Part shown: positions 9,361-20,262 of the stretch, in pieces
Layout: each line of letters starts with the position of its first letter
Numbering within the stretch: position 1 is the stretch's first letter
Assembly (NCBI GenBank): GCA_048884965.1
Contig: JBHLQH010000020.1
Coordinates: 1-63,717 of the forward strand
Reading direction: 5' to 3'
DNA: 63,717 nt
From: Candidatus Thorarchaeota archaeon
GTDB lineage: Archaea; Asgardarchaeota; Thorarchaeia; Thorarchaeales; Thorarchaeaceae
The notes under the pieces: model-generated
Database searches by the model: none
What the model was told of the DNA's origin: nothing
What the model saw: the letters and a program-made list of their open reading frames with translations, nothing else
Translations under genes and position numbers: made by a program

Positions 9361-10533
9361 TCAGGAGATAGGTATCAACCGCTTGTTGATGAATTCACTG
9401 AGCTCTATGCATCTCTCCTCAATTCTCTCTTGATTGTCACCTGAAGCTTTGGCCAGTATTCCATGTTTGATGGTAGCTTGTTCCTCCTCAATTTCAACTT
9501 CCCATCTTCCCACGATTTTCCCATCGATCCAAATGGATGGCCTGATCTCTCCAGATGCATTCATACCCTTAGGAGGTCCCGGCGGAGGTGGTTTCATTCC
9601 GGGTGGCCAAAAGTGTTCTCTGTTCCTTGGAAAGAGCACTTTTTCATCTTCTTGTGTAATATACCACGCTCGGTCCTTGAAGGCTTTGGGGAAGTGGTCC
9701 TCATACGGAAGCAGATTGACTCTCAACTCACTTGATTCCTCAATTGCCATTGCATGTTCTAGATCGCCAGGAACCATCAGATGTTCCTTTCCATCGACCA
9801 TGACTTTGACGATAGACTCGCCTAGCTCTGCACTATACTCCTTTACCTCACCAACCTTTAGAGGTACCCACCAGGCAAGGTCGCTGAGTGTTACAGGACC
9901 GAAATGAGCGATGTACCTGTGGATTATCTCTCGCAAACCTTCCCTTTCGTCTATCTCTGGAACCTCATAGTCCTCCAACCAGTCACTTGCAAGTTCGTAG
10001 TCCAGTCTTGTACTGCGAGCATGGCTACCGCTCGTACGTACAATCTGTCCTCTTCCATCAGCGATTAGAATGAGCCATCTCATCTGTTCACCAATGTGTG
10101 GGAGTTTCTTCTTCAAATCGTTCATACTGTGGGGTCCATCTTCTAGGGTTCGTGTGATCTCGCTGATACGTTCTTCAACTTCGGACTCTGAAAGATGCTT
10201 TATAGGAGGAGCTTGTCGCATTGCCCTTTCCAGTTGAGGACCTAGACTCCTTAGAATTAGACCGTAGTTATCTATGTGCACAACATGAAGCGTGTTTCTG
10301 AAGGCGCGTCTTCTAATGATCTTCTTTCCAGAATTCAATGCCTCGAAGACCTTCTGGGCATCATAGTCGCCCAATCTTGCCCATGCAGAGAGGTAAGGTG
10401 TCCAATAGTCGGTAGAATGAAGACCTAGAGCAGAAAAGGCCACTTCATAGAAATCCTTGAAGATTCTTTCTCTGAAACCTTGCTTGTATAGCTGGAACTC
10501 CCTAAGTTGAGCTGACGTGATATCTGTCATCAC
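9361..10533 (-). CDS. AlkZ/YcaQ (HTH_42) family DNA glycosylase-like protein
   Basis: GLHSTD..PYLSAWAR, RNTLH, RYIAHFGPVTLSDLAWW, LLPYED, DGKIVGRW. Confidence 0.85.
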   Translation of the reverse strand: MMTDITSAQLREFQLYKQGFRERIFKDFYEVAFSALGLHSTDYWTPYLSAWARLGDYDAQKVFEALNSGKKIIRRRAFRNTLHVVHIDNYGLILRSLGPQLERAMRQAPPIKHLSESEVEERISEITRTLEDGPHSMNDLKKKLPHIGEQMRWLILIADGRGQIVRTSGSHARSTRLDYELASDWLEDYEVPEIDEREGLREIIHRYIAHFGPVTLSDLAWWVPLKVGEVKEYSAELGESIVKVMVDGKEHLMVPGDLEHAMAIEESSELRVNLLPYEDHFPKAFKDRAWYITQEDEKVLFPRNREHFWPPGMKPPPPGPPKGMNASGEIRPSIWIDGKIVGRWEVEIEEEQATIKHGILAKASGDNQERIEERCIELSEFINKRLIPIS

Positions 10534-10588
10534 ATATCACTCAACTCACTCACTCAGCTCGTATCAATCTATTGCCTGTAGCAACATT

Positions 10589-11140
10589 CTATCCTGCTTT
10601 CCGAAGATGTTTCTCTATCTGTTTCACAAGGAACTTGGCAATCTCTTCAGTTTTGAAAGGCCAAGCATAGACTATCTCAATGTCGGCATGCTTGTGTCTA
10701 GCACGGGCAATTGCATCAGGTATGTCAACTTCTGAATGTTCGCCCCCTGCTGTCATCATAGGTGTGACTACGATAATCCTCTTTGGGCTTTGGAGTATTG
10801 CCTCTTCCATCGCATCATCAATCGAAGGTGCACAGAACTCATTGAATCCAACGATCACCTTCCAGTTGGTTAGTGATTCAATGGTCTTTCCCAGAATATA
10901 GGAAGCACCCCAGTATGGGTCGTTGCTCTCATTTCGTGGCCAGTTCCGAATCTTTACATCGAGTTCATCATGGCGCTGTTGAAGGTATGGGTCTGCATGC
11001 GGAGGTATATGCTGGAGCTGTCCATGTAATCTGAAAAGCTCGGTCAACTCTCCGGTTGGAAAATCATTCGGAGGCACACCATGCATTGCTAGGACAACAA
11101 TCGTTGTTATTCGGATCACCTCATTCCGGTAGTCATTCAA
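10589..11140 (-). CDS. cbiX: CbiX/SirB-type sirohydrochlorin chelatase
   Basis: VLAMHG, GFNEFCAPS, PMMTAGGEHSEVDIP, YAWP. Confidence 0.8.
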   Translation of the reverse strand: MNDYRNEVIRITTIVVLAMHGVPPNDFPTGELTELFRLHGQLQHIPPHADPYLQQRHDELDVKIRNWPRNESNDPYWGASYILGKTIESLTNWKVIVGFNEFCAPSIDDAMEEAILQSPKRIIVVTPMMTAGGEHSEVDIPDAIARARHKHADIEIVYAWPFKTEEIAKFLVKQIEKHLRKAG

Positions 11141-11606
11141 AGCCTGCGATAGTGATGTTCTCTACTGAGCTCATTTGCTTCACTTCGACTATCCTCGCGC
11201 CAAATCCCCCCAGAATTCCAGCATAGAACCATATCTGATAGAGGAATGAAGAAAACATTGGGAGACTTAGTGCATTCCATCCAACGTACGACTGTAGCAC
11301 ACTCCATACTACTGGATCAAGTGCTAGAGCAACAAAGAAGTATATCATCCCTACTAATGCTCCCTTGACGAGCGCACAAACTTGATACTTTAGGCTGCAA
11401 CCTCCACCTACTAGGTGTCGGTAGGTAATTGGAATCACTAAGACGAGAACTACTGCCATTGCCGCTATCCAGTAGAGTTCAGGTGATAGGAACACTCCGA
11501 TTGCTATCCCCGCTGCCAGCGTGGTTCCATAGATAATTACCCAATAGAAAGGAACCCAAAGCCAACTCTTGATATCGTTGATGAAACTCATTTCACTCAT
11601 CATCAA
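11133..11606 (-). CDS. Four-TM membrane protein
   Basis: Hydrophobic segments; overlaps the cbiX start, suggesting an operon. Confidence 0.7.
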   Translation of the reverse strand: MMMSEMSFINDIKSWLWVPFYWVIIYGTTLAAGIAIGVFLSPELYWIAAMAVVLVLVIPITYRHLVGGGCSLKYQVCALVKGALVGMIYFFVALALDPVVWSVLQSYVGWNALSLPMFSSFLYQIWFYAGILGGFGARIVEVKQMSSVENITIAGFE

Positions 11607-11649
11607 ATAGCCTGAATATTGATTATTTACTTCTTGGGTGTGGATGTCA

Positions 11650-12456
11650 TCACGATTCCATGTCGGTCATGGAATTCCGTTTCCTATATCTTGCAAGTAG
11701 TCCACTATAGAACGCCCATTTCACCCAGCATGGCATCATGAGCGTAATGATCCAGATCCCGATTAACACAACAGGAAATGACCATGCTAGCATCGTTTCA
11801 GCAAAGCTTAGTGCAGCAGTGATTAGAACGAGTTGAAATCCCAGATCTCTATACAGACGGAAACCAATTGCTGCGATGATGTTGATACCTCCCATTAACA
11901 ATGCGAGTTGGACCTGCGAGAAACCAAACCAGAGTTGAGATCCATGCAAGAGCTCGTATGTATAGATGCTATATGCCCCAAGTAGAATGAGCGCGCCTTT
12001 GATTAGCTGCGCCAGAAATACAAGATTGAACATGGTTCTTTGAATTGTAGAGGGCTCAAAGGATTCCATAGGTTCCATCCTTGCTAGTATATCGAAGCTG
12101 TAGTACCCTTTGGTCCTAACAAATAAGAGGAGAACTAACTCGATCTCAATGACAACCAGTATCATTCCGAATCCAATTTGAGATATTACTAATGTGAGAG
12201 GATACAAAATATGGAAGATGCTAAAGCCCACCGCAACTCCCCAGGCTTCAATTCTAAGTGTCCAGAGCCAACCGGCAATAAAGAGTTCAATCATAGCGAA
12301 TCCTAATAACATGGGAAATGAAACCATCGAGCTCGCTCCCAGAACAATCAAGATTATCCCCTTCACAATTTGAAGACCCACGATTACTTTGAACTCCAAT
12401 GTCCTTGGTCTGGTTTCTGCACTTGCAAAATTCACATAGCATCCCATTGCTTCCAC
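11650..12456 (-). CDS. Polytopic membrane protein with two similar halves
   Basis: LQIVKGIILIVLGA and AQLIKGALILLGA start two homologous TM blocks; start codon uncertain. Confidence 0.7.
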   Translation of the reverse strand: MEAMGCYVNFASAETRPRTLEFKVIVGLQIVKGIILIVLGASSMVSFPMLLGFAMIELFIAGWLWTLRIEAWGVAVGFSIFHILYPLTLVISQIGFGMILVVIEIELVLLLFVRTKGYYSFDILARMEPMESFEPSTIQRTMFNLVFLAQLIKGALILLGAYSIYTYELLHGSQLWFGFSQVQLALLMGGINIIAAIGFRLYRDLGFQLVLITAALSFAETMLAWSFPVVLIGIWIITLMMPCWVKWAFYSGLLARYRKRNSMTDMES

Positions 12457-12534
12457 TTGTGCACTGTGAGGTATTTCTTCTATTAATAACCAAACGACTT
12501 ACGCATTTGATGCAGATTTTTGAAAGGAGTCAAT

Positions 12535-13233
12535 CTAGAGATGGTATTCTCGGCCTGAGCTTGCGATGTAGAGCATGCTCGATCCGTTATTCATGACTAT
12601 ACCAAGACCACCAAGATACGGCTCCCTATCTGACCACTCGACAGGTCTTTCGAGGAATATGCGTTTTGCAGCCATCAATGCAAGATCATGAGTTACGTGG
12701 ATGTGCAATGCACTTGCCTTATCATCTTTCAATCTCTCAATGAGGTCCCTCTTCAATCTGACCTCATACTCCTCTATCGGTTCTATCTTCTCGCCAAACT
12801 CGCTCTCTGCCCAACGATTCACAAAGTCTGTGATGTTCTTCCCATCAGGTTGAAGCTCGTTCCATACACTTTGGTCCCGAATTTCTGGTGTGGCAAGTAT
12901 CGCAAGTGTGTCGAATTCCTCTATTTTGGCATTGTTGCTTCTCAAACCCTTAGAGATTTCCTCTGCTGTCTGAAAACAGCGAGAAACGAAGCTGAAGAAA
13001 AGACGTGTTATTCTATCTGAAGGAATTCTCCTACCGAATTCTGTTGACATCTGACATCCTAGAGAAGTAAGCTCGGTACTCAGTTGAGCTGTATGGTCCT
13101 CGATAGTTTCTCTATGTGAGTGACGAACCAGTAATAATACCCGGCTATCAGATGGAGTCAAAGATGCCCATTTAGCTAGTTTCCTCGCACTCTCTAACCA
13201 TTCTTCCCTCAGCCATACTTGGTCATCATTCAT
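12535..13233 (-). CDS. Histidine phosphatase superfamily protein
   Basis: LLVRHS, LTSLG, SRCFQTA, VTHD motifs. Confidence 0.85.
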   Translation of the reverse strand: MNDDQVWLREEWLESARKLAKWASLTPSDSRVLLLVRHSHRETIEDHTAQLSTELTSLGCQMSTEFGRRIPSDRITRLFFSFVSRCFQTAEEISKGLRSNNAKIEEFDTLAILATPEIRDQSVWNELQPDGKNITDFVNRWAESEFGEKIEPIEEYEVRLKRDLIERLKDDKASALHIHVTHDLALMAAKRIFLERPVEWSDREPYLGGLGIVMNNGSSMLYIASSGREYHL

Positions 13234-13310
13234 TCTTGCTATTGACTCCTAATTGAAGACTAAGAGTCCGAAATGGATTTCTGATAAAAGGGCATCCCTA
13301 TAGGATTTTG

Positions 13311-16300
13311 TTACTCCTCGAAATCCTCAGTATCTTCTTCGGACTTATCATCCTCTTCTGCCTTCAAGATGGCTTCTACATCATCGATGAATCTATCCTC
13401 TTCGGACAACTCGCTATCCATCGAGCCCGGTTCGTCGTCCATATCTTCAATGCTATGTGCGATGATTTCAGCAGTGATGTCAGATTTTGGTTCACTCGTT
13501 TCATCATCTTCTATAGGTATCATCTGCTTGTTCCTTATCGCATCAAGGATTAGCTTGTAGGCTCTGGCTTCTTCGATGCCACAGGCTGCCATCCTATCTG
13601 CCATGGCATCCAGCTCGAATCCATCCAACGACTTGAATTCGGAGATAGTCTGATTGAGGCATTTCGGTCCTTTAGGAAGCCCCTTGATATCGATGATCTT
13701 GTGCTTCTGGTGAAGATTCATGTCCAAGAGTTCGTCGAAGAGCTCATCGAATCTGTCCTCAGTAACATCATCGATAGTTAGTATTGGAGCTTCCTCGAAG
13801 TTGCTATCAAAGACAAATCCCACTGACTTCGCGAACTGTATCATCCTTTCCTGCTGGGTTGGTGTTGGGGTGCCCATCGTGATGAAGGCACATACTAGGT
13901 TCTGCGTCTTGACTGCCATGATGATATCAGAAATTGGCGTAATCTGCCATTCTTTCTCTGTCACATCAAATTCCGATCTGAATTGTGATATTGCAGTGAT
14001 GAATGCAGAGATCAATGAATCATCAAAGCCAGCACGTAGCATCCGAGAGTAGACAGGGATTCCACTCTCACGATGAAGCACCACCACTCCGACCATATTC
14101 TTGACATCATCAAATCGTCTCTTCACAGCAAGAGCCTCAAGGTTCTGACGTCGTTCTCTCCTGTTGAGATATCTTCGAGTTTGATATCCGATTCCAAGCA
14201 TTGCTGCCAGAATTATGAGGGGTGAGAAGGTGACGAAGGTCCGGGTCAATGATGTTAGTTCACTGATAGTAGGCGTGATGCTCGATTCCAAATATGCCAG
14301 ATCTTGTGCCATTTCATGATTTTCCTTATCAACATAGATGCGAATCTTGACATCCAATCCAGAGTCAGGCATAATGAAGGATGATGTGTACCTGCCTAGC
14401 TCGGCTTCTGACATTACGGTGGATGTACCTGCAACTCCATCCACTACCAGTTGGAAGGCCACCATCGCTCCTGTTATCGGTGATCCCGAATCCGTTTCAA
14501 TGACTCGAAGACTGAGAGTTGTTAGTAGTCCCTCTAAACCTGTCAGTCCCTCTATATCAACAATAGAGATACTGACACGATTAACGGTGAAAGATAATGT
14601 CGAGGTCCTTGTGATGAAACCATTTCGACTGAATTCAAAGGTAATCTCAAAACTACCAACATCTTCTGGTCTAAGCGTAACAGAATAGAGTCCTGATGAT
14701 TGCTCCTCGATAACAATCCAATCACTACCAGACCCTGAGGTTCCATAGCTAGCGCCGGTTATTCTCGTACCATTTTCCATTCTATACTCAAAGGTAAAAT
14801 CATACGCGTGCTCGAAGATCAGGGCTTCTAGTAGTGTAATCTCATTCAGACTAGTATCGATTTCATTGATTTCTAGCTCCAGTAGTAGGATGTCCGTTTC
14901 ATATCCTGTCCTGTTCGCTCGCAAAGAAATCTGCCAACTTCCTGTCATGTTGGAACGGAAGATCAGATGATAGACCTCTCCTACCTGTTCAATAGTTGGC
15001 TCTATTCCTGTCGTGGGTGTGATGAATGCTCCCAAGGTAGCTTCAGTGATATTCTCATTAGTATCGGTTCTTACAAACGCTACCCATAGCTCGTACTCCT
15101 CAGTGAAGAGGATGCTCTCGGAATCGGTTCCACTGATAATCACGATTTCCGTCGGAATCTCTTGCACAAGCAACGAGAATGCTGTCGTTGAGCTTTGGAA
15201 GTATGCTAGACTTGCTCTGAATGATATCTGGAACGAAGTTCTTTCGTAAACAGATGGTGTCAATGTTACATTGTAGACTCCGAGACCCACCTCGATGACT
15301 ACGTATGATAGACCTACTGGCAATTGAACGATCTCAATGTGGGCGCCTTCAATCGGATTGGAGAACTCGTCTTCAAAGGTTAGTTGAAGAACGAAGTTCT
15401 TGTCCAAGGATATTGTAGCACCACTGACATGTGGTATGAGAACCGTTTCGACAGGTAGCACCGTAAGAGAGAACGTGATGAACTGAGTCACATGATTTGA
15501 CATATTTGCTCTGATGACTATAGTATATGATGCAGGTGATGTGGGGGTGAACTGTATTGAATAGACGCCGTTTCCTTCCTCAACTGTTAGACCAACACCT
15601 AATCCGGTTGATGGTGTTATCTCAGAAGCCACTACCGTCGCAGATAATATCCCATTTCCCGTACTGTTGGAGTACGACAAAACCAGTTTGTACACAATGT
15701 TGAGTTCCGTTAACCCTGCAGTGCCATTCAAGCATTCCAGGGTAGTATCGATTGGTGTTGCTTCCAGTTCGATTTGAATCAACGAGGTCACGAAATTAGT
15801 TTTATTGGCACTGATTGTTATCTGCCAGATACCAACCCTTGATGCTGTGAATGTGATTAGATATGCGCCTCCAACAGGTACTATCTGAGATGAAATACCA
15901 GTAAGAGGTGAGGTAGTGATTGACATATCCGCCGATGTAATATTTTGATCTGTGTCTGTTCGTATGTACGCAACAGTCAGATTGTACGAATCAATCACAA
16001 CTATCTCAGCAGATGTCGAGCCATGAAGAATCTCCAAGATAGTCGGTATTCTTTGCACGAACAAAGAGAATGCTGTGCTTGCACTTTGATAGTTCTCCAA
16101 GCTTGCTCTGAAAGATAGCTGGAATGAGGTCGATTCGGACACTAGCGGATCCAAGCTTACATTGTAAACTCCGCTACCAACTTCTTGGATTGAATAGGAT
16201 AGTCCTGCTGGAGCATTCAGAAGAACGATGGTCGCACCAAGGATTGGATTCGATGCCTCGTCCTCATAGGTCAATAGTAGGGTATGGTTCTGGTCAATCG

Positions 16301-19300
16301 ATATCGTGGCTCCTACAGAGTCGGGGATCAGCACGGTTGCCACATCAGTTACCATCAGTGTAAAGGTCAGATATTGGGTCACAAAATTGGTCATGTTAGC
16401 TCGTAGGCTTATGGTGAAAGTGCTAGATACTGTTGGAGTCAAGACTATTGTATACCCTCCATTTCCCATATCTAAAGTCACGTCCACAGTTAGTCCAGAA
16501 GATGGAGTCACAGAGATCACCTGAACTGTCGCTCCAACTAATCCATAGCCCGTGCCATTACTATAGTCCAGATACAGTGTGTAATCCAACCCGAATCCTA
16601 CTGCATCTGCAGTTCCATTCAAGGAGGTGAATGTGGTCGAGATTGCCAGTACTTCTAGTTCCAATTGAAGAACTGCTTGAACGAAGCTTGTCTTATTGGC
16701 TGTCACAGTGATATACCAAGTGCCAACTGTATTGGCTGAGAAGTCTAGATAATACAAATCACCAACTTCTTGCACAAATGAAAACAGTCCTGTGCTGGGT
16801 GATGTTTCAATGGTAATATCAGCGCCTGTGATATTCATATTTTGATCAGTTCGTATGAACGAGAGCGTAAAGGTGTAGTCTTGAAAGACTATAATCGATT
16901 CTGAGGAAATGCCATCAAATGCAATGAGATTTGTTCCTACTAATTGCACTGAGAATGTGAACGAGGTGCTCGATGTTTCGTAGTTTGTCAGCGTAGCTCT
17001 AAACGAGAGCTGGAATGAAATGGCATCCGTGACACTAGGCGTAAGAGTAACATTATACACTCCTCCTCCTATGTCCTCAACAGAGTATGAAATTCCTGCT
17101 GGTGCATCGAGAAGCGTTATCGTTGCGCCTGAAATCCCTGTGGATGTTTCATCCTCATAGAGAAGCTGAAGCACATACGATTGGTTGATGAGTACCGTTG
17201 CACTTGGTGCATATGGTGTAAGTGTCGTCTGAACGTCTGTCACAATGACAGTGAATGTAGTATATTGTGTGACATGATTCGTGATGTTTGCCCTCAGGAC
17301 TATCGTAAAGGTGCCTGACACTGTGGGTGTAAGAACAACTGAATAGTACCCGTTTCCTTCGTCTACTATTGGCAAACCAACTGCTGGATTCGCTGTCAAT
17401 CCTGTGCTTGGACTTACCTGCGTTATCAGTACGTCCGCTCCAACAAGTCCATCTCCTGTGCTATTGGTGTAGTTCAATACGAGACGATAGCTAAGCCCAA
17501 AACCAACAAGATCCGCACTTCCATTTAGACTCTCAAAATAAGTTCCGGTTTCACCAACAATCAAAGTGAATGTGATAGATTGCTCTTCGTGATAGTTCTT
17601 GGATGCTATTACAGTGACCTGATACTCCCTTGATAGAACTCCTGTTATTGCAACCGTGTAATCACCATTTCCAAGATCTGTAGGAGTTCCTTCACTAATC
17701 CCAAAGGCCGGACCATTATGTATGACCGTGATATTTGCACCTATGATGCCCGGGCCCGAAATACGTTTGTAATTAATTTCAATGATATATACTTCATTCA
17801 ATCCAACTTCAATGGGGCTAGTACCAATTGATGGTAAGTCAAGCTCCGTAGTATAAACAGAGATGACCGTGAATTGTGCTGAAATGTTATCGTAGTAGGG
17901 TCTGGATATGTTGACGAATACTGAGAACTGACCCGCCCCGATAAGTGATGTATCAAAGTCTGCTTCCCACCAGTTCTTAGCGAAGTTAGGAGTAAAGTAC
18001 ACTTCTCCCCCTGACCAGTTCGCGACAATTGTCACACTATCATCAAGTAGGAAGTCTCCATTATCTGAGTCCTGATATGTGATAAGATTGGATATTGTCA
18101 AACCAAAATCCGTTTCCAGAGATGGATAGGTCACTATAGCAGAGGCTGAGTGATACATGTCAAATGCTGTGGTTCCATATGCGATTTCAGTACCATTAGA
18201 CCATATGAACAGAAACTCCCATTCTCCTGCTGTTGTATTCGTTCCTCCGAGAGTTCTTTGGCTTGTATTCACGATACCATTGATTCCTGAAGTAAGAACT
18301 TCTTCTGACCAGATGGAGCTATCTGGTCCAATCCATGAAACATTGACATTGTGAGTGATTTCTGGTGTGGTCCCAGACGTTCCTATCTCAAGTTGTGATC
18401 GAGTGATATTTCCACTTCTGAGAAGTGTAGCATTAGACCATTCTCCTACCTGATCATCATATACTTGCGTGGTGACTCCTTTCGCATAGTTATAAGCTTG
18501 AAAATCAAGTTCCCACCAACCTAATCTATCTAGCAAGGTGATTGGTATCTTGACTAATCCTGTTTCTATGGCACAGCTACCTGTCACATCGTTAGAGAAA
18601 GGATCGTATATTGTGGCGTTCTCCCAATCGGTTGGCAAATAGACAAAAACAGTAAAATTCTCATATGTGTCTGTCAAGTCGCTTCCGATGTATGTAAACG
18701 ACGTAAGATCCGCACTTTGGCCGATATCGATAGAATAGGCAACCCCTTTCTTTGTGGGATGAGGACTCCATGAAGAGTTTGTGAAGTAATGTGAGAGAAG
18801 CTTCACCTCGTAATCAAAAGAAACACTGACATTGGAAGAAATACCTACATCCAGTGTCGATGTATCCCAGTAGTAGTTCTCAATCTGAGCTGTATCGTTA
18901 CCTACATTTCCTATTATCGAAGTATTGTACTGCCCTGCATGAAATCTCAAATCCACCTCTTCAGGACTTGGAGGTGTTACACTGGTAAGAGACACATCGT
19001 CAATTTGCACTTTGAACACTCGAGCATTATCACCATCGATTGCTCCATCTCCATCATAGTCCCCACCAGGGTTTATCTCGAATGAGTCATAATCTGAAGC
19101 TACTACAAAGAGTCCAATACTAAAAACGAACTCGGATGGTGCATCTGTGATGTTATAGTATACAATATCGTTCCATGTATTCCTCGATGTAGTATCTCTC
19201 ATAAGATTAAGAATAGCATACCCTTGGGAATATGTATCATTTTCAATGAAGACTGCAAGATATACTGCCCCAGCGATACTCAAAGGTCCTACGTCAATGA

Positions 19301-19988
19301 TACCGCTGACATAGTTATAGCTGAATGATAGGGTCATATTGTCTGAATATGGCGTGTTCACGATTGTCTGATTCCAGAGATTCCATGTACCATGGTAATG
19401 CCAATAGGTCAATGTCGGGACTGAATCCTCCTCTCCCTGATTCTCTATGGTCACATAATCTGTAGTATTGTCATAGTATGTTATCAGGTTCTGAAGCCCT
19501 CCACTAGAATCATACATATCCACGTCCCAACCATATGGATATGCAGAAACCGCATCTGGATAGGTAGTATTACCTGGAACGCCATCATCAAATGTCCCAT
19601 TCTCGGCATACTCTCTATTGAGATTCCAAAGCTCCACTCCCGCATTGCTGGCAACCCAGTTGCTTTCGTTATTGATCGGCAGACTTGTGAATGCATTCTC
19701 TCCGGTATCTGTTCGTCCTGAAATAGATCCAGATGGATAGTATCCCGATTGTTCAACTTCAATTGGGTTCATGGTGCCTGTCTTTGTGTCTTGAGAAAGC
19801 ACGAACGAATCGGTGCCGCGAATACTCCCTCTAGCATTGTTTGTTTGAGATGCATTTCCTAGATCTTCTCCATTACCACTTGGATTGATAGTATTTGCAA
19901 TCGGGAATCCTGATGAAACAAGGAGTCCCAGTATCAAGGGTAGGATGATTAGACTAAGAGCTAGCTTTCTTCTGAACATTTGCCGCAC
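13311..19988 (-). CDS. Giant single-pass surface protein: signal peptide, Ig-like repeats, TM, cytoplasmic longin-like domain and acidic tail
   Basis: 2225 aa; N-terminal signal; about 100-aa beta-sandwich repeats (GA.I/V...G.G.Y); many N-x-S/T sequons; TM FSPLIILAAMLGIGY; VVVLHRESGIPVYS...LISAFITAISQF. Confidence 0.8.
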   Translation of the reverse strand: MRQMFRRKLALSLIILPLILGLLVSSGFPIANTINPSGNGEDLGNASQTNNARGSIRGTDSFVLSQDTKTGTMNPIEVEQSGYYPSGSISGRTDTGENAFTSLPINNESNWVASNAGVELWNLNREYAENGTFDDGVPGNTTYPDAVSAYPYGWDVDMYDSSGGLQNLITYYDNTTDYVTIENQGEEDSVPTLTYWHYHGTWNLWNQTIVNTPYSDNMTLSFSYNYVSGIIDVGPLSIAGAVYLAVFIENDTYSQGYAILNLMRDTTSRNTWNDIVYYNITDAPSEFVFSIGLFVVASDYDSFEINPGGDYDGDGAIDGDNARVFKVQIDDVSLTSVTPPSPEEVDLRFHAGQYNTSIIGNVGNDTAQIENYYWDTSTLDVGISSNVSVSFDYEVKLLSHYFTNSSWSPHPTKKGVAYSIDIGQSADLTSFTYIGSDLTDTYENFTVFVYLPTDWENATIYDPFSNDVTGSCAIETGLVKIPITLLDRLGWWELDFQAYNYAKGVTTQVYDDQVGEWSNATLLRSGNITRSQLEIGTSGTTPEITHNVNVSWIGPDSSIWSEEVLTSGINGIVNTSQRTLGGTNTTAGEWEFLFIWSNGTEIAYGTTAFDMYHSASAIVTYPSLETDFGLTISNLITYQDSDNGDFLLDDSVTIVANWSGGEVYFTPNFAKNWWEADFDTSLIGAGQFSVFVNISRPYYDNISAQFTVISVYTTELDLPSIGTSPIEVGLNEVYIIEINYKRISGPGIIGANITVIHNGPAFGISEGTPTDLGNGDYTVAITGVLSREYQVTVIASKNYHEEQSITFTLIVGETGTYFESLNGSADLVGFGLSYRLVLNYTNSTGDGLVGADVLITQVSPSTGLTANPAVGLPIVDEGNGYYSVVLTPTVSGTFTIVLRANITNHVTQYTTFTVIVTDVQTTLTPYAPSATVLINQSYVLQLLYEDETSTGISGATITLLDAPAGISYSVEDIGGGVYNVTLTPSVTDAISFQLSFRATLTNYETSSTSFTFSVQLVGTNLIAFDGISSESIIVFQDYTFTLSFIRTDQNMNITGADITIETSPSTGLFSFVQEVGDLYYLDFSANTVGTWYITVTANKTSFVQAVLQLELEVLAISTTFTSLNGTADAVGFGLDYTLYLDYSNGTGYGLVGATVQVISVTPSSGLTVDVTLDMGNGGYTIVLTPTVSSTFTISLRANMTNFVTQYLTFTLMVTDVATVLIPDSVGATISIDQNHTLLLTYEDEASNPILGATIVLLNAPAGLSYSIQEVGSGVYNVSLDPLVSESTSFQLSFRASLENYQSASTAFSLFVQRIPTILEILHGSTSAEIVVIDSYNLTVAYIRTDTDQNITSADMSITTSPLTGISSQIVPVGGAYLITFTASRVGIWQITISANKTNFVTSLIQIELEATPIDTTLECLNGTAGLTELNIVYKLVLSYSNSTGNGILSATVVASEITPSTGLGVGLTVEEGNGVYSIQFTPTSPASYTIVIRANMSNHVTQFITFSLTVLPVETVLIPHVSGATISLDKNFVLQLTFEDEFSNPIEGAHIEIVQLPVGLSYVVIEVGLGVYNVTLTPSVYERTSFQISFRASLAYFQSSTTAFSLLVQEIPTEIVIISGTDSESILFTEEYELWVAFVRTDTNENITEATLGAFITPTTGIEPTIEQVGEVYHLIFRSNMTGSWQISLRANRTGYETDILLLELEINEIDTSLNEITLLEALIFEHAYDFTFEYRMENGTRITGASYGTSGSGSDWIVIEEQSSGLYSVTLRPEDVGSFEITFEFSRNGFITRTSTLSFTVNRVSISIVDIEGLTGLEGLLTTLSLRVIETDSGSPITGAMVAFQLVVDGVAGTSTVMSEAELGRYTSSFIMPDSGLDVKIRIYVDKENHEMAQDLAYLESSITPTISELTSLTRTFVTFSPLIILAAMLGIGYQTRRYLNRRERRQNLEALAVKRRFDDVKNMVGVVVLHRESGIPVYSRMLRAGFDDSLISAFITAISQFRSEFDVTEKEWQITPISDIIMAVKTQNLVCAFITMGTPTPTQQERMIQFAKSVGFVFDSNFEEAPILTIDDVTEDRFDELFDELLDMNLHQKHKIIDIKGLPKGPKCLNQTISEFKSLDGFELDAMADRMAACGIEEARAYKLILDAIRNKQMIPIEDDETSEPKSDITAEIIAHSIEDMDDEPGSMDSELSEEDRFIDDVEAILKAEEDDKSEEDTEDFEE
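14855..17555 (-). repeat. Three tandem about 300-aa (ABC) super-repeats of Ig-like domains
   Basis: LNG[ST]A, T.L.P...AT, and IRTD/VRTD..NIT motifs each recur with a period of about 900 nt; boundaries approximate. Confidence 0.8.
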
Positions 19989-20262
19989 CTCTACAAAGAT
20001 TGATGCCTACTGTAGTAGTCAATTCGCTTCTAGCATCTGGAAATATCTAGACGGGGGAACCTCTAGGAATAATAAATCTCGAACGTTCTGTTATTACTCT
20101 TATTTGTGTGAGTCTTGTCTGAAAAATGGACAATTTGCACATATTTCTACATGCGAATGGCCATTGATACTCTGATCCCATGGCACTATACGAGATATCT
20201 GTCGAATCTGGAGTCATGGAAAGATGAATTTCATACCATGACTGAAGGTTCATTGCGTAGAA

